From a virus (Duplodnaviria; Caudoviricetes): a stretch of 44,935 nucleotides of DNA. The translations under genes were made by a program, and so were the position numbers. Location: positions 1 through 44,935 of the IMG/VR virus record IMGVR_UViG_3300047313_000006; one strand, written 5' to 3'. Below, one piece after another: positions 27,251-35,947 of the stretch. The first letter of the stretch is position 1. Each line of letters opens with the position of its first letter. The notes under the pieces are model-generated. The model was not told the origin of the DNA, did no database searches, and saw nothing but the letters and a program-made list of their open reading frames with translations.

Positions 27251-28110
27251 TGCCATTTACGGCGGTTGTAGCGGGGATTGGCGCCGGGACCAGCCTCCTG
27301 GGTGGGTTATTCGGCTCCAACGCCTCTAAGCGTGCCGCGCAACTCCAGCAGGAAGCCGCAGACCGCGCTAACCAGTACATCCAAGGGAACACCAATCTAA
27401 ATCGCCAGCAGATAAACGATCTATCGGCCGACGACCGGAACCTGATCCAGAAGAACTTCGCGCCATATCAAGGCGTTGGCACTACAGCGGCTGGTGGCCT
27501 CAATACCGCACTCCAGAATCCGTTTCAGTTCAATCTAGCCGACGATCCAGGCTATCAGTTCCGGTTATCGCAAGGACAGAAAGCCATCGAACAGTCTGCG
27601 GCGGCGCGAGGCGGGGCCGTCTCTGGCGGCGCGCTCAAGGCCTTAACCCAATACGGCCAAGGTTTCGCATCGAACGAGTATCAGAACGCCTTTGCGCGCC
27701 ACCAGCAGCAGCTTCAAAACCTGTTCCAAGGCGCCGGGCTGGGGCTGAACGCATCCGGCCAGGAAAGCTCACTCGAAAGTGGCGCTATCAATAACCAGCT
27801 TGGGTTGAATACCGGGCTGACCCAGCAAACCAATCAGTTAATCGGCAATAATATCACGGGCGCCGGGAACGCGGGAGCAGCGGGGGCAGTCGGTAGCGCG
27901 AATGCTTGGGGCGGTGCGCTCAACGGCGTGGCAAATAGTGCGAATCAGTTGTTTCTATACAATCTGCTGAATGGTGGCGGCTCTGGCGGGCTAAGTTCCA
28001 TCAATAACAATTTACAGGGCAGCTTGAATACTAGCGGCTTCTACAATCGCCCTTCCGATTTGAATCCTACTCTTTCCAATAACAACGGCAACACGGTGAT
28101 GATGACTTAA
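27250..28110 (+). CDS. DNA ejection protein, P22 gp7-like
   Basis: Gly/Ala hydrophobic N-terminus; DPGYQFRLSQGQKAIEQSAAARGG...LTQYGQGFASNEY motif. Confidence 0.85.
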   Translation: MPFTAVVAGIGAGTSLLGGLFGSNASKRAAQLQQEAADRANQYIQGNTNLNRQQINDLSADDRNLIQKNFAPYQGVGTTAAGGLNTALQNPFQFNLADDPGYQFRLSQGQKAIEQSAAARGGAVSGGALKALTQYGQGFASNEYQNAFARHQQQLQNLFQGAGLGLNASGQESSLESGAINNQLGLNTGLTQQTNQLIGNNITGAGNAGAAGAVGSANAWGGALNGVANSANQLFLYNLLNGGGSGGLSSINNNLQGSLNTSGFYNRPSDLNPTLSNNNGNTVMMT

Positions 28111-29969
28111 TGCCGATTGACAGTAACATCCCTCTGCAGGTAAGGCCGCAGCAGCCCATCAATCCCTTCGGGGACATCATGCAGATCATGCAGTTGAAGC
28201 AGGCGCAGCAGCTTCTTCCGCTGAAGATCCAGGAAGCGCAGCAGAACCAGCAGGAAAGCGCCATGCGGTTGCAGCAGATGCAGCAGGCGGTCAATGACCG
28301 CAAGGCGCTTGATGCTGCCTATTCCGGAGCGGTGACAAATGACCCGGATACCGGTCTTCCAACATTCGATCGTACAAAGTTGAGCGATGCGCTGATTAAG
28401 GCCGGTCAGGGGCATCAAATCCCCACGCTTCTTAAAACGCTCGATGACAGCGCGGAGGCACATACCAAACTCCAGAAGGCGCAGGCCGATCTTCAGCAGA
28501 TCCACACCGAGAACGGCGCAGCAATCGGAGCGGGCGCCGCGGCAACGGGGTACGATCCGGCATTCTTCCGCAACCGACTGGCCATCGGAGTAGCGAATGG
28601 TTCGCTCGATCCCAAGAACGCTCAGCCCATCATTCAGCAATTAGACCAAGCCAACCAGCAAGACCCGACTGGCGCCGCGGCGAAAGCCATTGTCCAGAAA
28701 TACTCTCAATCGCTGATGGATCAGAGCGAGAAGATGCGGAACGCCTTGGGATCGCAGGCACGCGGCGCCGCGGCTACGAGCCAAGCAGCCACGGCGGCAG
28801 GCCGGGAAACACGGCTTTCCGGCGAAGAAGCATTGAAGCAGGCTACCGGAGCACTCGCTACCAATCCACCGAAGGATGCGGAAGCTTATCAGCAATTCAT
28901 TGACGCGCTCCCGCATGGAGTCGCATCCAGAATTCTGCAAGCGGTTCCGGTTGAACAGTACGATCCTAAGACCGCAGCCGATGCTTTCAACAAAGCGGGG
29001 ATGACGGCCAACGAACGGTTTAAGGCCGATAATCCGAATGCAACCGGAGAACGGAATCCGACCGAAGTAACCCTAGCGCTGGCGGTAGCGGCCGGTAAGA
29101 AGCCCGGCGCGACCCCGGCTGAAGTGCAGGCCAGTAAGGACGCTGAACTAGCACTGAAGCGCCTGGATCAATCCAAACGCGAGGCGCGGCCGGTTACGAA
29201 CGTTACACTGACTCCAGCCCAGCAGGATGATACGGCGCAAATGTTAGTTGAGGGCAGAATTGACCCAGGTACTGCGCGAACTCTTTTGCGGCGCAACCCA
29301 GCATTGCTGTCGCAGGCGCGCGCCAAAGATTCAAGTTTTGATGAAGTGGACATCGACAACCGCTACAACACAGCCAAGGAATTCACAAGCAGTTCCAATG
29401 GCAAGGCGGGTGGGCAGGTATTGGCACTGAATACACTAATCCATCATGCGGACCTGTATCTTGAGGCAGCCGACGCTTTGAAGAATGGATCATTTAAGCC
29501 GGGGAACGCGGCCTATAACGCAGTGTCCGCGATGTTCGGCGGCCCTGCCCCGCAAAACGCGGCTCTAGTCGCTCGATTCCTCGCGGGCGAAACAGGGAAG
29601 GTGGCTACCGGGGGGGTTCCAGCCGAAGGCGAAATCAATGGAATTCTCGCAAATCTTGGAAACAACGGAAGCCCGCAGCAAATGCGGCAAGCCGGCGAAA
29701 AGCTCTTGGAAATTGCCAGCGGCCGCATGATCCCCTTGAAAGAGAAGCGAGACAATGCTCATTTGCAGAATCAGTTTCCAATCGTGGGACAGGATGCGGC
29801 GGCGATTTTGCAGAAGCGCGGGTTTGATCCGAACACGCTGAGGCCGGCCAGCAAGAACGCTGGCGGTGGTGCAGTTAAATCAGTCAGCAGCAAGGCTGAA
29901 CGAGACGCTTTACCGAAGGGTGCGCAATACACAAAGCCCGGTGATCCCACGGTGTATATAAAGCAATGA
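28110..29969 (+). CDS. DNA ejection / internal virion protein (gp20 position)
   Basis: MPIDSNIPL start, Q/A-rich helical composition, synteny. Confidence 0.7.
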   Translation: MPIDSNIPLQVRPQQPINPFGDIMQIMQLKQAQQLLPLKIQEAQQNQQESAMRLQQMQQAVNDRKALDAAYSGAVTNDPDTGLPTFDRTKLSDALIKAGQGHQIPTLLKTLDDSAEAHTKLQKAQADLQQIHTENGAAIGAGAAATGYDPAFFRNRLAIGVANGSLDPKNAQPIIQQLDQANQQDPTGAAAKAIVQKYSQSLMDQSEKMRNALGSQARGAAATSQAATAAGRETRLSGEEALKQATGALATNPPKDAEAYQQFIDALPHGVASRILQAVPVEQYDPKTAADAFNKAGMTANERFKADNPNATGERNPTEVTLALAVAAGKKPGATPAEVQASKDAELALKRLDQSKREARPVTNVTLTPAQQDDTAQMLVEGRIDPGTARTLLRRNPALLSQARAKDSSFDEVDIDNRYNTAKEFTSSSNGKAGGQVLALNTLIHHADLYLEAADALKNGSFKPGNAAYNAVSAMFGGPAPQNAALVARFLAGETGKVATGGVPAEGEINGILANLGNNGSPQQMRQAGEKLLEIASGRMIPLKEKRDNAHLQNQFPIVGQDAAAILQKRGFDPNTLRPASKNAGGGAVKSVSSKAERDALPKGAQYTKPGDPTVYIKQ

Positions 29970-31270
29970 CGCCGAACGAATGGGGAGATCATGCGGCTAA
30001 TGATTGGGGCGACATGCCTGCGCCTGCGGGGGCATCGCAGAAGCCGGGCGTTATGGAGCGCGCAATTTCCAACATTCCGCGCAGCGCGCTGAACGCGATT
30101 ACACACCCGACGTTTCCGGGAATGCCTACGGATGAAAACATCCCCGCAGGCCAAGAGCCTCGCGATGTATTTGAGGCAAATAAGCAGAGCACCATCAAGG
30201 GGCTTCAGGATCTTTGGAAACACCCGATAGATACGGTCGTCAATTATGTCAAGGAAAAATTTGCCACCGATCCAGTAGGCACTGCCCTAGCGGTTGCGGC
30301 ACTCAGCAAGCCTGCTGTTGCGCCAGCTATTAGCAAAGTGGTAGGTCCAACCGTGGAACGCGCCGGAACCGCAGTATCCGAAGGCCTCATGAAGTCCGCG
30401 CTGAAGCCTGGGGTAGCCGATGCCCCTACTCTCGCGGATGTTCGTGCTGCTACCAAAACAGCGCTAGCGAACGAGATCCCGGTTACTGAAGCCGGGGCCG
30501 CCAAACTCTCGGACCTCATCTCCGATTATGGGAAGAAAACCAAAGCCGTAATAGACGCCCGCACCGCCCAAGGCGCAACAGTTGACCCGCAGGCAGTAGC
30601 TTCCCGGTTGAATGACGTGAGCACCGTTAGCGCTCTCCCGGAGAAAGCCACCGCTGCCATAAACAAGGCGCGTGACGCGTTCTTGGCACGTAAGGGTGTG
30701 CGCCCCGGACAGCCCGCGTATGAACTCAATGGTGTTGAGATACGTCCAGCCGTTCCAGCGAGCCCCGGCGAACCGATTCCGCTAGATGTTGCCCAGGCCG
30801 AAAAGCAAGGCAGCTATCAGAACGCCAAGAATTCCTACGGAGAATTGAGTGAAGCGCAGATCGAAGCCGAAAAAGCCCTTGCGCGCGGCTACAAAGAGGA
30901 AATTGAAAAGCAAGCGCCGGAACTGAAAGCGCTTAACGCGAAGGAATCTGAGTTTTTAGGGCTCCAGCCATCACTAGAACGTGCTATTCGACGGGCCGGC
31001 AACCAGGATGTAACCGATTTCAAGAGCCTAGCGAGTGGCGGGGCTGGAATGGCGGCTGCGGGTCCAGTAGGGGCTGTGGCGGGGCTTACTACGCGCATCC
31101 TGGATTTCCCCGGCATAAAATCCAAGCTCGCAATTGCCATCAATAAAGCGTCGCAGCGCACCGGGACGCCTTTGAACCTAACGCAGAGCAATATGAGGGC
31201 AGCGAAGATCCTTAGTCAGATCGCCGTAAGCGCCCAATTACCACCCAGCGGAACAGGAGCCGAGCAATGA
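29966..31270 (+). CDS. DNA ejection / internal virion protein (gp16 position)
   Basis: WGD repeats at the N-terminus; Ala-rich with a Gly-rich hydrophobic patch; synteny. Confidence 0.65.
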   Translation: MTPNEWGDHAANDWGDMPAPAGASQKPGVMERAISNIPRSALNAITHPTFPGMPTDENIPAGQEPRDVFEANKQSTIKGLQDLWKHPIDTVVNYVKEKFATDPVGTALAVAALSKPAVAPAISKVVGPTVERAGTAVSEGLMKSALKPGVADAPTLADVRAATKTALANEIPVTEAGAAKLSDLISDYGKKTKAVIDARTAQGATVDPQAVASRLNDVSTVSALPEKATAAINKARDAFLARKGVRPGQPAYELNGVEIRPAVPASPGEPIPLDVAQAEKQGSYQNAKNSYGELSEAQIEAEKALARGYKEEIEKQAPELKALNAKESEFLGLQPSLERAIRRAGNQDVTDFKSLASGGAGMAAAGPVGAVAGLTTRILDFPGIKSKLAIAINKASQRTGTPLNLTQSNMRAAKILSQIAVSAQLPPSGTGAEQ

Positions 31271-32487
31271 ACGGCAGCGAAGCCAGAAAGAAATCTTTGC
31301 TCTCAAGGCCGCGTTCAGCGGAAGCGCCACCCCAGATGCAGGCGGTAGCCCAGAACATCGAAAGCAGGAACCAGACCCGCGCCCACATGCCGAAAATATA
31401 TCACATTCTGCTGATTGTTGGCCTGGCGCTCCCAGCCTTCGCCCAAAAAGCCGCCATGCCGAATATCTGGACCCAACTCGGGGACTCGCTTGGCGCTCCA
31501 TGCGCCGGCTGCTTCCTCTATCAGTTTGCAGCAGGTGGAACGATGCCGCAGAATACCTACACCACACCAAGCGGGGGAGTCGCCAACAATAACCCGCTGC
31601 AACTCGACGCGGCCGGCCAAGCGAATATCTGGCTGACTCCCGGGCAAACGTACCGTTTCGACCTCTACAGCGCAACCAATACGCTTATCAGAACGGTGGA
31701 CAATATTCCAGGAGGTACGCTTCTAGGGCAATCCACCGTTACCGCCAATTACGTGCTAGCTGGCCCGGCAACTGGAGCCGCGGCAACCCCGACATTCCGG
31801 GCGCTAGTGGCGGCTGACTTCGCGGCGCTATTCAGCGCTACGACCTGCACCAACCAAGCAATAACAGCGCTCACGACCTCACTGGTAGGAACATGCTCGA
31901 CACTGACGGGGTCTTACTTCGGCTCCAGCATCGCCGCGCGTTCGGCTTTAGTGCGGGCTGCTGCATCGACTGGCGCCTCGGCTTTCGGGACCACGATAGA
32001 CGCGCTGGCTTATCAAATAGCCGAGATCCCCTCATTCGTATTCGTCAGCACCGATTTCACGACCAGCGGAGTCGGGACGGCGCTGGAACTCATCACGGGG
32101 TTGTCTTTCACGATCCCAGCGAGTACGGCGTTAAATGTTCCGTTTGCTTGTTACTTCACTTACTCTCAGGCAGTCGCCAATGACGCGGTAGCGTTCGGGA
32201 TTCAAGACGTGACAGTAAGCCCAACTAACATTGCGGCGCGCGGCGACATCCGAACGAGCACAACGGCTTCCACGGCGGGGAATCTGGCGACACTCACGAC
32301 GACCACCGCAACGGCAATCGTGAGCGCAACGCCGGGAGCAACTGCCACCAATTACATGGCTGAGATTTCTGGATTCATCGAAGCTCCCAGCAATGCATCC
32401 TCCAGCCAAATCAGAATCATGGTCTCGACAGCGACCGCGGCGGACCTCGTAACGATTCGTCGCGGTTCGCACTGCAGGATGAATTAA
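31267..32487 (+). CDS. Tailspike/tail fibre with podoviral attachment domain preceded by a signal peptide (alternative start 31387)
   Basis: ILLIVGLALPAFA-Q, then DSLGAPCAGCFLYQFAAGGTMPQNTYT...NNNPLQLDAAGQANIWL...RTVDNI; PTFRALVAADF fibre motif; gp9 slot. Confidence 0.8.
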   Translation: MNGSEARKKSLLSRPRSAEAPPQMQAVAQNIESRNQTRAHMPKIYHILLIVGLALPAFAQKAAMPNIWTQLGDSLGAPCAGCFLYQFAAGGTMPQNTYTTPSGGVANNNPLQLDAAGQANIWLTPGQTYRFDLYSATNTLIRTVDNIPGGTLLGQSTVTANYVLAGPATGAAATPTFRALVAADFAALFSATTCTNQAITALTTSLVGTCSTLTGSYFGSSIAARSALVRAAASTGASAFGTTIDALAYQIAEIPSFVFVSTDFTTSGVGTALELITGLSFTIPASTALNVPFACYFTYSQAVANDAVAFGIQDVTVSPTNIAARGDIRTSTTASTAGNLATLTTTTATAIVSATPGATATNYMAEISGFIEAPSNASSSQIRIMVSTATAADLVTIRRGSHCRMN

Positions 32488-32488
32488 C

Positions 32489-32791
32489 ATGGCAAACCAC
32501 GGACCCGGCTATACCGATACCATCACGGTTTCTTCCGTCGCGGCTACTGCCGTCACGGCGCAGACGCAATGCAACCGCATCACGGTTGGGGAAGATCCTT
32601 CCGTTACGAATTGGCCAACTGAAAACTACAAGGTGCTGAAGCCGTTTTCCAACAGCAACCCGCGCGAGGTTCCGATTGGGGCGACTTATACTTTCGAGCG
32701 GAAAGGCGTTTACTATCCCGGCGACATCGCGGGATACGTGCAGGGGGTGACCGGCAGCACCACATTCTTTCAGGATGAGCAAATGGTATGA
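32489..32791 (+). CDS. Hypothetical small beta protein
   Basis: Clean ORF in the fibre cluster. Confidence 0.65.
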   Translation: MANHGPGYTDTITVSSVAATAVTAQTQCNRITVGEDPSVTNWPTENYKVLKPFSNSNPREVPIGATYTFERKGVYYPGDIAGYVQGVTGSTTFFQDEQMV

Positions 32792-34014
32792 GGGATCTTC
32801 AATTCTACACTCGCGAAGCGAAGCGCTGTGTGCCGTATCTGAGCCCGGAGGATCAACTTGCGTGGGCTGAGCATGCTCTTGAAACGCATCCCGGATTCGG
32901 ATCGCTTCCCCAGCCGGAATCGGCAGCGCAGCCAGTTATTGAGGCTCCGATTGCCGCAGCGCCGATTGTAGAATCTCCTGATCCAGTATCTTATCCGCCG
33001 GCTCCTGCTACCCAGCCGCAGAAATTCGGCTTTGTGGACTGGTGGCGGATTGCGGTTCTGATTCTTCTGCTGGCTCTCTGCGTTATCAATGCCCGCGCGC
33101 AAGATCCGGCGAGCCAGGGCATCATCCTGGGCTTTCAGCAGAGCGGGACCACTCTGGCGCAGCGGGGAACCGGCATAGCGCGCCTGAACTGCTCCACGGG
33201 GATGACATGTAGCTGGACCGCCGCAACGAATACATTCACTCTTACATCCACCGGAGGTGGTGGGGGCGGTTCTCCCTGCGGCGCCCTCGGAGAATTACAG
33301 ACCTATGCGACCTCATCCACATTCGGCTGCGGGAATCTATTCTATGACGGATCGCAGTATTATATTTTCGGAACCAATGACTTCTCAGGCACTGCGCCGG
33401 CGTTAGGATTCGCCGCTAACCAGTTTTCGGTAAACATCAACCAATCGCTCAACAGCCAGTTGGTTGCGCTTGCATTTAGCGCTGGAGGAGCTTTTGGGGC
33501 TGATCTCAATTCTGTTTCTATCCTGGTAGAAGCACAGGCTGATTCCATTACAAAGTATTTTGATTCTCAGATGAATTTCGGCGCTGTATCGGGAGATGGG
33601 TCTACATCCGCCTTGCCATACACTATGGGCGCTGAAGGTCATTGTGCGACCGTAAACTCCTGCGTCAAGGGCACGCTCACGGATTACGATTTTTTCCTCA
33701 TCAATGGCGTCACGGGCGAAACACTTCTTCAGAACACAAGCGCTTCCGCTCACCAGTTGTCAGTCCCCGCTGTTACGCAATTCGCTACACTTGGCAACTA
33801 TGTGGCGGTGGGGCCGATCATATCAAACGATACTACTGGTTCTAATCCGCTATATCTGTCAAAGAATGCGATAGCAGATGCCGCTCCGGGTGCTGGGTAC
33901 GTTACCTTCAAGGCCGTGGCCGGCACAAATTCTGGGACTTGCAAGATCGTCATGAAGGCTGGGACGAGCGCGACTCCAGTAACGCTGGTGGACAACGTGG
34001 GGTCGGGATGCTGA
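32788..34014 (+). CDS. Fibre-like protein with a Pro-rich N-region and an internal signal/TM segment
   Basis: WWRIAVLILLLALCVINARA-Q; Gly linker; paired Cys residues. Confidence 0.65.
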   Translation: MRDLQFYTREAKRCVPYLSPEDQLAWAEHALETHPGFGSLPQPESAAQPVIEAPIAAAPIVESPDPVSYPPAPATQPQKFGFVDWWRIAVLILLLALCVINARAQDPASQGIILGFQQSGTTLAQRGTGIARLNCSTGMTCSWTAATNTFTLTSTGGGGGGSPCGALGELQTYATSSTFGCGNLFYDGSQYYIFGTNDFSGTAPALGFAANQFSVNINQSLNSQLVALAFSAGGAFGADLNSVSILVEAQADSITKYFDSQMNFGAVSGDGSTSALPYTMGAEGHCATVNSCVKGTLTDYDFFLINGVTGETLLQNTSASAHQLSVPAVTQFATLGNYVAVGPIISNDTTGSNPLYLSKNAIADAAPGAGYVTFKAVAGTNSGTCKIVMKAGTSATPVTLVDNVGSGC

Positions 34015-34196
34015 TACGATTTGCTGCGATTCTGATTGCCGTTGCGCTTCAGGCCGAGGATGCGCCGAAACCAAACCCAGAGCAGGAGATTGCGGAACTG
34101 AAAGCCGAGATCAGGATTTATCAACAAAACCTAGGCCAGTGCCTAGGCGTTCAGATTCACGAACAGGCGCAGAAGCAGGCGCAGAAGGCCAAATGA
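34008..34196 (+). CDS. Small secreted coiled-coil protein
   Basis: MLIRFAAILIAVALQA-E followed by heptad repeats. Confidence 0.55.
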   Translation: MLIRFAAILIAVALQAEDAPKPNPEQEIAELKAEIRIYQQNLGQCLGVQIHEQAQKQAQKAK

Positions 34197-35686
34197 GATT
34201 CCTTCTGTTCCTTCTCGCGTTGCCGCTTCTCGCGCAAGTCCCCGCCGTCAATAGCGGGACGGCCACCTATCCGAGTAGCGGGGCAATACCAAGCTCGACT
34301 ACCGCTACCGCGCTAGCAAACGGGACTACGGTCACCACTCAATCGCAAAACGACAATTCAACAAAGCCCGCTAGTACCGCCTATACAGATACGGCAGTTG
34401 CCAATGCAGTATCTGGCGTCAACCCGGCAGTGGCAGTGCTCGCCGCGTCAACGGCATCACTCACCGGGACTTATAATAATGGAACTGCGGGGGTTGGGGC
34501 ATTTTTCACGGTGACAGCGACCGGGGCCTTTACGCTCGACGGAATTTCCATTGGCACGGTGGGCCAGCGCGTTCTCTTGAAGGATCAATCATCGGGGTTC
34601 CAAAACGGGATCTATACGGCCACAGTCGTCGGGAGCGTGGGGGTGTCTCCGATCTTCACTCGCGCTCTCGACTACAATTCGCCAAGCAATATCAATTCGA
34701 CCGGAGCGATTCCAGTACAAAGCGGGACAGTGAATGCGCTTACGTCCTGGCTTCTCACTTCTACAGTAACCACAGTCGGAACCGATGCTCTGACTTACTC
34801 TCGGTTTTCCGTAAATCCGGCGGGGATAACTCCTGTGGCGAACGGCGGCTGGGGGTTGGCTACACTGACGGCCCATGCCTTGTACGCCGGCAACGCAACC
34901 ACCGCGCCGACTGCGGTTGGCCCAGATGCCAGCACTACTAAGGCGCTATTCTCTGCCGGAAGTTCGGCTGATCCGGCGTTTCGTGCGATTGCATCCGCTG
35001 ATTTGCCAGCGACGGTAGTACGAACCGATCAGACGAACACCTATTCGACCGGCGCGCAGGATATGGGAAGTGCGACCTCTCACAAGGTCCCTACTTCCGC
35101 TGGCGCTGCACCGTCCGCGAGTGGCCAAGTTGCCGTGGATAGCACACGAGGAACATTTAAGGTTTACGATGACCTTCTGGCTACATCTAACCCGCTTGAA
35201 ACCGTTCCAAGCATCCAACTTGGATCTAGTGACACATTGGTTTGCAGTACGATTGGCGCGACCACTCCAACGAACTTCGCCACGACCTATACCATCCCGG
35301 CAAACACGCTGATTGCGAATAAGGGGTTCAAGGTCAGTGTGGCGTTCCAAGTTACAGGTCAAGGTACCCCCACTTTTACGTTTGACATGCTCCTAGGAAC
35401 GACGGTGGTTTTTACTGGCCCATCTGCCTCTGTAAATTTCACAAGTACAGGCATAGGGGCTATATTTCTTGTACAAGGAACTGCGGCAGCAGGAGCTTCC
35501 GTCAATGTCAATACTGGCCTAATCGGGTCTGGGCAATTAGGGATATTGGTTAGAAACACCATCGCCCAACCCGTCGCCGTTGCCACTAATGCAAATAAAG
35601 CAGTGACGTTTCGGCTTACCTGCTCAACGAACACTGCTGGAAACTCGGTAACTCTTGAGCAACTCATGGTGGAGTCAGTCAACTAG
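34193..35686 (+). CDS. Tail fibre protein with a Sec signal peptide
   Basis: MRFLLFLLALPLLA-Q; NDNSTKPASTAY, GQRVLLKDQSSGFQNGIY...FTRALD, PVANGGWG and PAFRAIASADLP fibre motifs. Confidence 0.8.
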   Translation: MRFLLFLLALPLLAQVPAVNSGTATYPSSGAIPSSTTATALANGTTVTTQSQNDNSTKPASTAYTDTAVANAVSGVNPAVAVLAASTASLTGTYNNGTAGVGAFFTVTATGAFTLDGISIGTVGQRVLLKDQSSGFQNGIYTATVVGSVGVSPIFTRALDYNSPSNINSTGAIPVQSGTVNALTSWLLTSTVTTVGTDALTYSRFSVNPAGITPVANGGWGLATLTAHALYAGNATTAPTAVGPDASTTKALFSAGSSADPAFRAIASADLPATVVRTDQTNTYSTGAQDMGSATSHKVPTSAGAAPSASGQVAVDSTRGTFKVYDDLLATSNPLETVPSIQLGSSDTLVCSTIGATTPTNFATTYTIPANTLIANKGFKVSVAFQVTGQGTPTFTFDMLLGTTVVFTGPSASVNFTSTGIGAIFLVQGTAAAGASVNVNTGLIGSGQLGILVRNTIAQPVAVATNANKAVTFRLTCSTNTAGNSVTLEQLMVESVN

Positions 35687-35947
35687 ATGGCGCGTCCCCG
35701 AATATTTACGGCTGAGGAAAGATTGGAGCGTAAGCGCGCCCAACAGCGCCGATGGGTGAACAACAAGCGCAGACGGCGCGCGCGGGATCGTGAACGCCGC
35801 AGAGAAGAACGCGCTTTGATGCAGGCGGAAATGGCGCGCTATCGGGTTCGTGAGATTCTATCCGCGCCCACGGGCTTGTATGCAGGTCAGTTCCCGATCT
35901 TCACCTTCGCCCTTCAGGACACATTGAGGTTCGTGCGGAGCCTATGA
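35687..35947 (+). CDS. Arg-rich small protein, possibly nucleic-acid binding
   Basis: MARPRIFTAEERLERKR...; fills the gap between two genes exactly. Confidence 0.5.
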   Translation: MARPRIFTAEERLERKRAQQRRWVNNKRRRRARDRERRREERALMQAEMARYRVREILSAPTGLYAGQFPIFTFALQDTLRFVRSL

